A stretch of 64,000 nt of DNA, taken from assembly GCA_011364965.1 (NCBI GenBank), contig RDOB01000002.1, forward strand, positions 545,849 to 609,848, in the 5' to 3' direction. The position numbers and the translations under genes were made by a program. The stretch is from Candidatus Heimdallarchaeota archaeon. Lineage in GTDB: Archaea; Asgardarchaeota; Heimdallarchaeia; Hodarchaeales; Hodarchaeaceae. The notes beneath the pieces were generated by a model that saw only the letters and a program-made list of their open reading frames with translations, was not told where the DNA came from and did not search any database. Below, in pieces: positions 16,880 to 26,446 of this stretch (positions within the stretch are counted from its first letter, which is position 1; each line of letters begins with the position of its first letter).

Positions 16880-18736
16880 TTAAATCTTTACCCAATCCAA
16901 ATTAAGTCTCTCGAGGGTGGCTGAGGTTGGTTTACCATCAATATCCCACCCTCGATATTCATAATAGGAGTCTAAAAGGGGCTCTAAATCTACAATATGG
17001 CCCTTTGCAGGCCCTTCGGGAAGAGGTTCCTCAAGTAAACGCTTTGGGAGGGTATCGTTAGCTCTAGTTAAACCTTCACGTATATTGTATAGTCTCTGAA
17101 GATTAAAAATACGTTCGCCCAATATCCTAAAATCAGATTCCGAAAATTCATATCCCATAAGTGTTTCAATCATTTTAGCCCAATCCTCTCCAGTGAGGAC
17201 CATACCCATGAATTTACATCCCCCTATGGAATCAAATACACCAAAAGCGTTTTCATAATCCATAAGAATTTTTGTATCTTCTTTGCTTGCTTCTAACTCA
17301 TCACTAAGTTCTGCGTCTACAATCAGAAAAGGCATTGAAAGAAAAGTTGGGCCTTCTATAAAAGAAGTCATGTGATCTCCCCCTCGATTCGCTGTTGCAA
17401 AACCCAAACCAGTAATTTTTGCTGCTCGGCTATCATATGCAGGTAGTTCTAAACCTTTTACATGCATAGCAAAAGCTTCTGAACCATGACCGAGTTTTTC
17501 AGACATTTTTTTAGAACCTTCTGCAAGTAAGTTCCCAATTCCTTCTCTCTTGGCTATCAAATGTACCATTTTAATTAAAACATCCGAATCACCAAATTTA
17601 ATCTCTATATTCTCTGTTTCTTTGAGAGTTAAGATTTTTTTCTCAAAACATTCCATAGAGAAAGCAATTGTCGCACCTGCAGAGATAGTATCTAATCCAT
17701 ACTCATTACATAAGAAATGGGCGAATGTTATAGCTTCTAGATTATCAATATCACACATACTTCCGAGGGAGCAAAGAGATTCATATTCAGGTCCTTCACC
17801 TTTGCTTTGATAGGTACCTTCCTTAATCTCTGATATACGGCCACAATGAATTGGACAAGCGAAACAAGGTTTTTGATCTACTAAAATATTATCATTAATT
17901 GCAGTACCATTTATATTGTCAGCTCCTTTAAACACACCAGTTTGAAAGTTTCGTGTAGGGAATCCTCCTTTAACATTTACCATATCAAGCATAGTTGCTG
18001 TCCCAAAAACTTCCAAACTCATTTTTAGCAGACTTTGGTTCACCCAATCAAATCTTAATTTAGCTTCCTCACGATATTTTTCATTATCAGCCACCTCAAT
18101 CTTCGCAGTCCCTCTAACAGCAATTGCTTTTAATTTTTTGGATCCCATTACTGCTCCTAAGCCACATCTACCCGCAGCACGTCCCCAATGTGGTTCATCA
18201 GCGTCATTAATAATTGCAGCATATTTTACTAGGTTTTCCCCGCCAATCCCGATTGTCGCAACATTAAATTTTCCTCCTAATTCCTGTCTAATTAATTTAG
18301 TAGTTTCAGAAGTATTTTTTCCCCAAAGGTGACTAGCATCCATTAACCTGGCTTTTCCTTCATCTAATACTAGAAAAACTGGTGTTTCTGAAATACCTTC
18401 AAAAATCACTCCATCAAATCCAGCTCTTTTAAAATCACGTCCCCAATAGCCTCCTGAATTTGCGTGCCCCCATAGTCCAGTGAGAGGGGATTTGGCCACG
18501 ACTGAATATCTCCCTGTGCTAGGAGCTGATGTTCCCGTCATTGGACCAGTCATGAATATCAATTTATTTTCAGGACCCAATGGGTCAATTCCTGCTTTTA
18601 CCTCATCGAATAAATATTTTGTGGCTAACCCACATCCCCCTAGATACAGTTTTAACGTTTCTTCGTCAGGAAATTCCTCTGTTATAGTTCCAGCGGTTAG
18701 GTTTACACGTAATAATTTTTTCATATAACCATACAT
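16880..18736 (-). CDS. aor: Tungsten-dependent aldehyde:ferredoxin oxidoreductase
   Basis: AKSPLTG, GRCGLGAVMGSKKLKA, CFACPIHC, GPEYE, GLDTIS motifs. Confidence 0.93.
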   Translation of the reverse strand: MYGYMKKLLRVNLTAGTITEEFPDEETLKLYLGGCGLATKYLFDEVKAGIDPLGPENKLIFMTGPMTGTSAPSTGRYSVVAKSPLTGLWGHANSGGYWGRDFKRAGFDGVIFEGISETPVFLVLDEGKARLMDASHLWGKNTSETTKLIRQELGGKFNVATIGIGGENLVKYAAIINDADEPHWGRAAGRCGLGAVMGSKKLKAIAVRGTAKIEVADNEKYREEAKLRFDWVNQSLLKMSLEVFGTATMLDMVNVKGGFPTRNFQTGVFKGADNINGTAINDNILVDQKPCFACPIHCGRISEIKEGTYQSKGEGPEYESLCSLGSMCDIDNLEAITFAHFLCNEYGLDTISAGATIAFSMECFEKKILTLKETENIEIKFGDSDVLIKMVHLIAKREGIGNLLAEGSKKMSEKLGHGSEAFAMHVKGLELPAYDSRAAKITGLGFATANRGGDHMTSFIEGPTFLSMPFLIVDAELSDELEASKEDTKILMDYENAFGVFDSIGGCKFMGMVLTGEDWAKMIETLMGYEFSESDFRILGERIFNLQRLYNIREGLTRANDTLPKRLLEEPLPEGPAKGHIVDLEPLLDSYYEYRGWDIDGKPTSATLERLNLDWVKI

Positions 18737-19006
18737 AAATTATGCACCTTTTGTCAAATTTAACAGTTAATTTTTGTGTGATTTTCGTTTTGAGTTTATT
18801 AACATTCCTGTTACAAATATCGCTTTAGATTTCCCTAATCTTGGTAATATATTATCAAGAGGTAGATTTAAGATCGAATTTCTAAAGCTCTCTCTAGCAC
18901 TAATTCACAAAATTATCTCAATGTCTCGGTGATTCTAGTGCCGGGAAACGATAATTATGGGATTAATTCTAGGAAAACAATAGTACATGAACAAACCAAG
19001 GTAAAG

Positions 19007-19453
19007 ATGATTAATATGAGTGAAAAAGTAATATTTCCATCCAAAGAATGGGTAGCTAAATTTAAGGATGTCGTTAATTCTAGTAAAGATTATGAAGAAG
19101 CAGCTAAAACTTGGGAAGGTGATTTCATTTTTGAGATCATTCCTGATGGAACTAGAAATTTATCCGAAAAACATCAATTATATTGTGATTTATGGCATGG
19201 AAAATGTCGTGATGCGTTTCTAGTATCCACTGAACAACCAGCTCCTGAAAAAGTAGAATATATATACTCTGGAAAATATAATAATTGGCTAGCTCTCTTT
19301 GATGGAAAGGTGGGCCCTCTAAAAGGAATTATGCAAAGAAAATTTACAGTAACTTGCTCTCCTGGTGCAATGGCAAGATTAATGAAGGCTTTAAAAGCAG
19401 CTCAAGAACTGGTTAAATGTACTACAATGGTAGAAAATGTGGAATATATATAA
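19007..19453 (+). CDS. SCP2 sterol/lipid-binding domain protein
   Basis: FPSKEW...YEEAAKTWEGDF...DLWHGKC...PLKGIMQRK, typical of archaeal SCP2-like proteins. Confidence 0.78.
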   Translation: MINMSEKVIFPSKEWVAKFKDVVNSSKDYEEAAKTWEGDFIFEIIPDGTRNLSEKHQLYCDLWHGKCRDAFLVSTEQPAPEKVEYIYSGKYNNWLALFDGKVGPLKGIMQRKFTVTCSPGAMARLMKALKAAQELVKCTTMVENVEYI

Positions 19454-19468
19454 CGGAGAAATTTTGAC

Positions 19469-20647
19469 ATGTGGGATTTTACATCTCCGAGGAAAGTTAT
19501 TTTCGGAGAAGATGCATTAGAATACTTGTCTGAGTTATGTTTCGAAAATGTATTCATTGTTACAGATCCTACGATTAAAACCATGCATCTAGAAAAAATT
19601 TTGGCCCAATTAGGAGACTCAAAAGTAACTGTTTTTGACAAAGTATCAGGTGAACCCTCCCTTGATACAGTAAAAGATGGGGCGTGTTCCATGATTGAAG
19701 CAAAACCAGATGTCATTATTGCTCTAGGTGGTGGTAGTGTACTCGATTCTGCTAAGGGAATGTTTCCTATCTATTCACAACCCGACATCCTGATAGATGG
19801 CTTGTCTCCTTTTGAAGTCTTGGACATGCGGAAGAAAACAAATTGCATTTTAATTAACATTCCTACTACAAGTGGAACAGGAGCTGATGTGACTTGGGCG
19901 ATTGTTCTAACTGATTTATCTGAAGGTACTCCTAGGAAGATATCCCTAGCAAATCGCGAATTGGTAGCTGATATTACTATCTTAGATCCGGTATTAACTA
20001 AGACAATGACACCCCGTTTGATTGCAGGAACTGGTATGGATGCAATGTGTCATGCTATAGATGGTTATCTCTCAACATGGAGAAATGATTTTTCTGATGC
20101 ATTATCATTGCATGCTTTCAAACTTTTATGGAATAATTTACCAATAGCATTCGAGCAAGCAAAAGTAGGAGAGGTAGATTTCGCAATTCGTGAAAAACTC
20201 CATAATTCTGCAACTATGGCTGGTTGGGGTTTCGGGAATTCCCAGATTATTCTTTCTCATTCATTAGCACATACAATAGGAGCTGTTTTCAAAATCCCTC
20301 ATTCTGTGTGTATTGGTGCAATGTGCTGGTATTCTCTCATGTTCAATCAAAATTATGAATCCGAACGAATCTGTGATCTTGCGAAATTGGTTGGATACAC
20401 TGGAACAGCAGGAGAAATAGTTACAAATTTCGTCAGTTCTTTCAAAGAACTTTTGTTGAATTTGGAACTTCCGTTATCATTACTTGAAATGAAAGTCACC
20501 GAAGAAGAATTTCAATCGAATCTTGAAGATCTAATTGCTTTTGCAGAAAATGATTCTGGAACGCTATCCAATCCGAGATCTATTGCTCATGATGATTTTA
20601 TCACAATCTTCAAATGTGTTTTCGAAGGAAAAGATATCGATTTTTAA
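19469..20647 (+). CDS. Iron-containing alcohol dehydrogenase
   Basis: GGGSVLDSAK, PTTSGTG, DAMCHAID, HSLAH, H..C metal ligands. Confidence 0.92.
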   Translation: MWDFTSPRKVIFGEDALEYLSELCFENVFIVTDPTIKTMHLEKILAQLGDSKVTVFDKVSGEPSLDTVKDGACSMIEAKPDVIIALGGGSVLDSAKGMFPIYSQPDILIDGLSPFEVLDMRKKTNCILINIPTTSGTGADVTWAIVLTDLSEGTPRKISLANRELVADITILDPVLTKTMTPRLIAGTGMDAMCHAIDGYLSTWRNDFSDALSLHAFKLLWNNLPIAFEQAKVGEVDFAIREKLHNSATMAGWGFGNSQIILSHSLAHTIGAVFKIPHSVCIGAMCWYSLMFNQNYESERICDLAKLVGYTGTAGEIVTNFVSSFKELLLNLELPLSLLEMKVTEEEFQSNLEDLIAFAENDSGTLSNPRSIAHDDFITIFKCVFEGKDIDF

Positions 20648-20753
20648 CCCGTATTACTTTGAAATTTGGCAATATACTTCATTAGACTTATAGATATAAA
20701 AGAATAATCCAAAATTGATGTAATTGATTCATCTTTAGGAGTGTTTAATACAA

Positions 20754-21131
20754 ATGGTAAATGAGGATCTATTAAGAACATTATTTGTTAAAAAATCGCT
20801 TAAAAATACCGAAAATGGTTTCCAGATGCAGATGCAAAACAGTATTAGTGATGCTACTATCATTGAACCAATAAAAGTTGAAATTTCAGGTGAAGGAGTA
20901 GATAAAGAGAAGTATAAGGATTTTATAATCGATTTAAATGGCGAGAAAGTCGAGAATAAAACAATTAGCGAATCCAATCCCGCTAAATTCTCAGTTAAAG
21001 CTCTAGCGACTTTAATATTCAATAGAGACAGTCCATTGCCAGAAGGGAAATATAAAATTCGGTTTACAAAGCTTCTGACTGAAGAATATGGTGATATTCC
21101 TTTCACAATGAAGGAAAGAATACGAGACTAG
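20754..21131 (+). CDS. Hypothetical beta-rich protein
   Basis: 125-aa ORF with SD AGGAG; no recognised motif. Confidence 0.7.
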   Translation: MVNEDLLRTLFVKKSLKNTENGFQMQMQNSISDATIIEPIKVEISGEGVDKEKYKDFIIDLNGEKVENKTISESNPAKFSVKALATLIFNRDSPLPEGKYKIRFTKLLTEEYGDIPFTMKERIRD

Positions 21132-21330
21132 CTAATCTCTTTATTCTATTTTTTTATTTCAATTTACTTGATCCTTTTCAACTTCAATAAGCAGAAATTC
21201 TAGATAAAAATCTTGAATTTTGATTTATTCATTCAAATCTTAGATCCCTAGAAATATTCTTAAGACTAGACTCCGTGTTCATCCTTCAATTTATTATATT
21301 ATTTTTAGTTTCAGAGGTTGAATTATTAAA

Positions 21331-22707
21331 ATGGACCACAAGCAAAAAAGATTATTTTCAGATGAAGAGATTTTATCTTGGATCGGGGAAGTTACTGATC
21401 AAGAAATAAATGAGGTACACCAAAAATCATTAGTTCCATTTTATGATCAGATTTGGGAATCTGGAGATAGCTCTTATCTTAAGCAATATAAAACAGACAA
21501 AGAGTTTCTTGATTGCACTTCCCAAGCATGGACATCAAATATCGGTTTCTCTAATCCAGATGTTGCGTTTGCAGTGAGCCATCAACTAAAAACGTTAAGT
21601 CATGTTCGTTATGGATTTGCTACAAAACCCCGAATTAAATTCATCCATAAAATCACAAGTTTAACCCCAGGTAACTTGAAAAAAGTAGCAGCGAATGCCA
21701 TGGGTGGTGGAGCTAGCATAGAGGCTGCATTGAGGTTAGCAATGATAAATAAACCTGGAGCTCAACAGTTCTATACCTATACAAGAAGCTACCATGGTAG
21801 TTCCTTAGCGACAATGTCTCTTTCAACACGTTTTGCAGGAGTAACTAGATTCAAACCCTGGGGTCTTGATAGAGTGGCAAAAATACCTTTTCCCTATTGT
21901 TACAGATGTCCTATGGGACAAGAAGGTGAGAATAAGTGCAATTTAGAGTGTTTAGAATTAGCTCAAAATTTAATTGAATATGGATCTGTGGATAAAGTTT
22001 GCGGAATTTTAATGGAACCTATACAAGGCCCAGGAGGACATGTTCCAGCTCCGAAACGATATATCAGAGAGTTGCGAAAATGGACTGAAAAAAACGAGAT
22101 TTTCTTTATCTGGGATGAAAGCCAGCTATTCACTCGGATTGGCCATTGGTTTACTTCTGAATATTATGAAGGTGTGACTCCAGATATAACATGTCTAACG
22201 AAGGCAATAGGAGGATCCCTTCCAATGGGGGTTACAATAGCTCGTGAAGACATCAATGGTTTTAATTCTGCCGAGGAACATAGTACATTTGGAGCGAATC
22301 CTTTAATGTTTGCTGCTAGTATGGTTTTTATGAATTATGTAGAGCGAGCAGACTTATTGAAAAACACTCGTGAACAAGGAGATTACATAACTTCTAAACT
22401 TCGAAATTTACAGAAAAGATATGATTATATTGGGGATATACGGTGCCCCGGATTAATGATTGGGATAGAGCTAGTAAATGATCCAGAAACTAAAACTCCT
22501 GGAAATACTCTGGCAGCGGACCTAGTAGAAGAAGCTATGGATCAAAGGGTAATTTTTGGACTTATGGCTCCAATATCAACTGATTCAGGCAAATTATTTA
22601 GGAATGTGGTCAAAATTAAACCCCCTCTAATAATAACTCGTGAAGAGTCAGATCACATTCTGAATGTCTTTGAATCTTCCTTAGAAGAAGCCATTGATTA
22701 TCTTTAG
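21331..22707 (+). CDS. Class-III PLP-dependent aminotransferase-fold enzyme (possible phospho-lyase)
   Basis: SYHGSS, EPIQG, WDESQ, LTKAIGG (PLP Lys), STFGANP, RNVVKIKPPL. Confidence 0.88.
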   Translation: MDHKQKRLFSDEEILSWIGEVTDQEINEVHQKSLVPFYDQIWESGDSSYLKQYKTDKEFLDCTSQAWTSNIGFSNPDVAFAVSHQLKTLSHVRYGFATKPRIKFIHKITSLTPGNLKKVAANAMGGGASIEAALRLAMINKPGAQQFYTYTRSYHGSSLATMSLSTRFAGVTRFKPWGLDRVAKIPFPYCYRCPMGQEGENKCNLECLELAQNLIEYGSVDKVCGILMEPIQGPGGHVPAPKRYIRELRKWTEKNEIFFIWDESQLFTRIGHWFTSEYYEGVTPDITCLTKAIGGSLPMGVTIAREDINGFNSAEEHSTFGANPLMFAASMVFMNYVERADLLKNTREQGDYITSKLRNLQKRYDYIGDIRCPGLMIGIELVNDPETKTPGNTLAADLVEEAMDQRVIFGLMAPISTDSGKLFRNVVKIKPPLIITREESDHILNVFESSLEEAIDYL

Positions 22708-22731
22708 TAAAATTTTTTTGAGGTGATATAA

Positions 22732-24336
22732 ATGAGTAATGGATTGTTTTTATCTTATGATTTAGGTACCACTGCAACAAAGGCTGTTCTTATATCCAAT
22801 AATATCAAGTTTCTTGCGTCTTCAGTTGCGCAATATGATACAATTTTTCCTAAACAAGGTTATGCAGAACATGACCCGAAGGATTGGTGGCGTACGCTGA
22901 AATCTACAACTATCGATCTTGTATCAAAGACAAACACCAATCCTGAGGATATTGCAGCAATAACTTTTAGTTCTCAAATGCAAGGTCTGTTACCAGTTGA
23001 TAGAAACTGCAATCCTTTGATGAATGCAATGATCTGGCTTGATGGTCGTGGAGTGAAATATTTAAAAAAGGTATTTCCATGGCCAAGAATAATGGGATAT
23101 AATCCTTATCGTCTATTCCTTAAATTCCTTAAAATAACTGGTGGGTCTCCTGGGTTATCTGGAAAAGATCAGATTCCCAAAATTATATGGTTAAAGCACG
23201 AAGCACCCGACATATACGATCAAACGTACAAATTTTTGGATGTAAAGGATTATATCATATACAAACTGACTGGCGAGGTAGCTACTTCAACTGATCTTGC
23301 ATATGTCTGGTGGTTAATGGATTCTCGCAAAAAAGATGGTAAGCCAATTAATGAATGGTCAAAAAGTTTATGTGAAATGTATAAAATCGACATGGATAAA
23401 TTACCTGAGATTAAAAGGCCTACCGACATTATAGGTAATGTATCAGCTTCAGCTGCCCAAGAATTAGGGCTCAGTACAGGTATTCCAGTTGTCTGTGGCG
23501 CAGGGGATATGACTTCAGGTGCAATTGCCTCGGGTGCTTGTCTAGATGGAGAGCTACATTGTCAGATTGGCACATCAGGTTGGGTTGCAGGTCATGTTCG
23601 TGAAAGAAGAGTAAATATCACCGCATACACTGGATGTGTGGGTAGTGCGCTTCCAGATCAATTTTACCTAGTTACTGGCCATCAAGAAATCGCAGGTGCA
23701 TGTTTGGAATGGGTAAAAAACAATATTCTATATTTTAAGGAGCAATTAGAAGAAACAGAGAAGAAAGAAGTATATCAGATCTTTGATAATCTTGTCTCAG
23801 AATGCGAACCTGGTGCCAAAGGAGATGGTGGAACCTATTTAATGTTCCTCCCGTGGTTGCATGGAGAAAGATGTCCTTTAGATGATGATAATGTAAGAGG
23901 TGGTTTGATTAATCTCAGTTTAGATCATGATCGTCGTCATTTACTTAGAGCAGTTTTTGAGGGAGTAGCAATGAATGCTCGATGGGCTTTAGATACTGTT
24001 GAAAACCTATATTCCTCCGTTGATTGGCTTGCGATTATTGGAGGAGGAGCTAAATCAGATGTTTGGTGTCAGATATATGCAAATGTCATGAATCGCCAAA
24101 TCAAACGTGTTGAAAATCCTCAAGAAGCTGGAGCATTAGGAGCTGGGATAATTGCTAAACTCGCACTTGGAGAAATACGTGATGTGTCCGGGATCAAAGA
24201 ATATTGTCATTATGATCATGAATTCCGACCTGATCCTAAGTATAGAGACCTTTATGATAATCTTTACAAAGAATTTAAACAAATATACAAACAGAATAAA
24301 AATTGGTTTAAGAGGATGAATAAAAACAAGAGTTAA
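22732..24336 (+). CDS. FGGY-family kinase (xylulokinase-like)
   Basis: DLGTTATK, GAGD, GTSGW, FLPWLHGERCP, GGGAKS. Confidence 0.9.
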   Translation: MSNGLFLSYDLGTTATKAVLISNNIKFLASSVAQYDTIFPKQGYAEHDPKDWWRTLKSTTIDLVSKTNTNPEDIAAITFSSQMQGLLPVDRNCNPLMNAMIWLDGRGVKYLKKVFPWPRIMGYNPYRLFLKFLKITGGSPGLSGKDQIPKIIWLKHEAPDIYDQTYKFLDVKDYIIYKLTGEVATSTDLAYVWWLMDSRKKDGKPINEWSKSLCEMYKIDMDKLPEIKRPTDIIGNVSASAAQELGLSTGIPVVCGAGDMTSGAIASGACLDGELHCQIGTSGWVAGHVRERRVNITAYTGCVGSALPDQFYLVTGHQEIAGACLEWVKNNILYFKEQLEETEKKEVYQIFDNLVSECEPGAKGDGGTYLMFLPWLHGERCPLDDDNVRGGLINLSLDHDRRHLLRAVFEGVAMNARWALDTVENLYSSVDWLAIIGGGAKSDVWCQIYANVMNRQIKRVENPQEAGALGAGIIAKLALGEIRDVSGIKEYCHYDHEFRPDPKYRDLYDNLYKEFKQIYKQNKNWFKRMNKNKS

Positions 24337-24358
24337 TCGTTAATTATTTGTTTTTATT

Positions 24359-25387
24359 TCATATGCTAGCTTTTGCTAAATCGTTTGGAAATTTCATCTG
24401 TAAATATCCATGTATTTCCGAGCTATCCACGATCTCAGGTTTTATATCAAAGTCAGGGAAGTGCATCCTTGTCCAAAGGACAAGATCTTTTCCGATTTGA
24501 ACACTTTTTCTCATTGAATCTGATTCCTCAACAATTAAAATCACTGAGAAATCAGCTTCTTCGACTCTTACTAACTTATAATTGTCCGAAACTTCATCAT
24601 CACCAGCACTTTCACTGCGTTTCATTAGAATTTCTCTAACTCCAGCTCCAAGACTTGCTTGTGCGAATGTATTTACTGCAGAAAACATGCTAGTAATAAG
24701 AGAGGGATCTTCCATGAGATGTCCGTGGTTTGAATTTGTAGAGCTGCTTCCTACTAATAATCCAGATTCAGTTTGATAAATGCAAACATTATGGATGTTA
24801 ATTGTGGGTAGAATTATCTCACCTGTCATTGTTTCAATAAGCCAATCAAAAGCTTGGTACAGGTTACTTCCAGTCTTTGCGCTCATATGAAAAATGTTAA
24901 CAGCTCGGAATCTACCTTTTTGTTGAATATCGTACAGATCAAAATGCTTTAAAAGTAATACATAAGGGTCTACACCAGATATGTCTGCTTTATTCGCAGC
25001 TATAAGAAGAACTGCTTTTTCAGGAATATCTGGAAGTGCTTTATATAGCGCCGTTTTACTCTCTTCAAAATCCTCCGGTCTTGAACAATCTACAACAAAT
25101 ACAACAGCTCCTGAAAGCCTTACGTAATCTGGCCAAATTTCTTGAAATGTAGTCTGCCCACCTAAGTCGAACGCTTGAAATATGATATTTCTGTACTCAA
25201 ATCGTTCAACGTTCAGTCCCATGGTTCTAAGAGAATCGGCATAAAACTCTCCCGTACGCAATCGGTGGAGAATGGTAGTTTTACCTGCATAAGCTCGACC
25301 GATGAAAGTTATTAGCTCGTTCTTTCCTGCATTAGAGGATTGGATTTTTTTAGAATGTCGGCGGAATAACCTTTTCAGTAATGAGAT
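24359..25387 (-). CDS. Arf-family small GTPase fused to a C-terminal longin/roadblock-like domain; probable ATC start
   Basis: Frame is open upstream of 25261: ISLLKRLFRR...GRAYAGKTT (G1), DLGGQ (G3), NKAD (G4), SAK (G5). SD GGAGG lies 8 nt before ATC at 25387. C-terminal VCIYQTESGLLV..DPSLITSMFSAV. Confidence 0.88.
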   Translation of the reverse strand: MSLLKRLFRRHSKKIQSSNAGKNELITFIGRAYAGKTTILHRLRTGEFYADSLRTMGLNVERFEYRNIIFQAFDLGGQTTFQEIWPDYVRLSGAVVFVVDCSRPEDFEESKTALYKALPDIPEKAVLLIAANKADISGVDPYVLLLKHFDLYDIQQKGRFRAVNIFHMSAKTGSNLYQAFDWLIETMTGEIILPTINIHNVCIYQTESGLLVGSSSTNSNHGHLMEDPSLITSMFSAVNTFAQASLGAGVREILMKRSESAGDDEVSDNYKLVRVEEADFSVILIVEESDSMRKSVQIGKDLVLWTRMHFPDFDIKPEIVDSSEIHGYLQMKFPNDLAKASI

Positions 25388-25642
25388 TTATTATTCCTCC
25401 TTGGAGGTTTCGAAAATTTCAGATTTCTTTGCATGTAGTATTCAATCATCATTTTCTATAATTGTTTCTAGATATTCTGTCTGTATTTTTATAGTAGGTT
25501 CATCCTATATAAGGCGTGGGGAAAGGATTGAAGAGGTAATTTAAATAACAATAGATAAGTTGCGCGAAATGAATTTGATTGACATCATTTCAAACTTTTT
25601 TTTGCCAGTAATTGAAAATTGCAACAGCTAGACGGTGTAAAA

Positions 25643-26434
25643 ATGCTAAAAATTGAGAATCTAAAGGTTGAAGTTACTGATGAACCTGATAAGGTGATAT
25701 TGGATGATTTAAATCTAAATATACCCGAAGGAGAAGTACATGTACTATTTGGGCCAAATGGATCTGGCAAATCGACTCTTCTACAAACTATCATGGGTTT
25801 CCCAGCATATAGAGTGCTTGAGGGTTCTATTCTATTTCGAGGTGAGGATATTACAAATAAATCAATTACAGAGAGAGCAAAGCTCGGACTAGGAATCAGT
25901 ATGCAAAGACCTCCAAACATTCCTGGATTAAAATTACAAAAACTTGCTGAATTCTTAGTCAATCAGCGAAGAGAAACTACTGCTGAAATCGGATACATTG
26001 CTAAAAAGTTGGAAATGCGAGAATTTCTCTCTCGAGATTTAAATGTACACTTCTCAGGAGGTGAAATTAAACGTTCGGAGTTATTACAACTCCTTTTGCA
26101 AGCACCTAAATTCATTCTCCTAGATGAACCTGAATCAGGAGTTGATATTCAGGCACTTAAGCTAATTGGGGAGATGACCAATGTTCTTCTTGGTACTTCT
26201 CCAAGACAACCCACTTATCCATGGGATAAAAGTCGAGGGGGACTAGTTATTACTCATACAGGTCATATTCTGGATTATATTCATGTTGATCGAGGCCATG
26301 TAATGTGTCATGGTCATATTGGTTGCTCGGGAACACCATCGCGACTTCTAGACGATATTCGTAATTTAGGTTACCCTGAGTGTGCTAAATGTCATCGATT
26401 CACATCTAAAGACTTAAGTTTAAAAATAACTTGA
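25643..26434 (+). CDS. sufC: Fe-S assembly ATPase SufC/SmsC
   Basis: GPNGSGKST, FSGGEIKR, LDEPESGVD, ITHTG, C-terminal ECAKC. Confidence 0.92.
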   Translation: MLKIENLKVEVTDEPDKVILDDLNLNIPEGEVHVLFGPNGSGKSTLLQTIMGFPAYRVLEGSILFRGEDITNKSITERAKLGLGISMQRPPNIPGLKLQKLAEFLVNQRRETTAEIGYIAKKLEMREFLSRDLNVHFSGGEIKRSELLQLLLQAPKFILLDEPESGVDIQALKLIGEMTNVLLGTSPRQPTYPWDKSRGGLVITHTGHILDYIHVDRGHVMCHGHIGCSGTPSRLLDDIRNLGYPECAKCHRFTSKDLSLKIT

Positions 26435-26446
26435 AGAGGAATTTCA

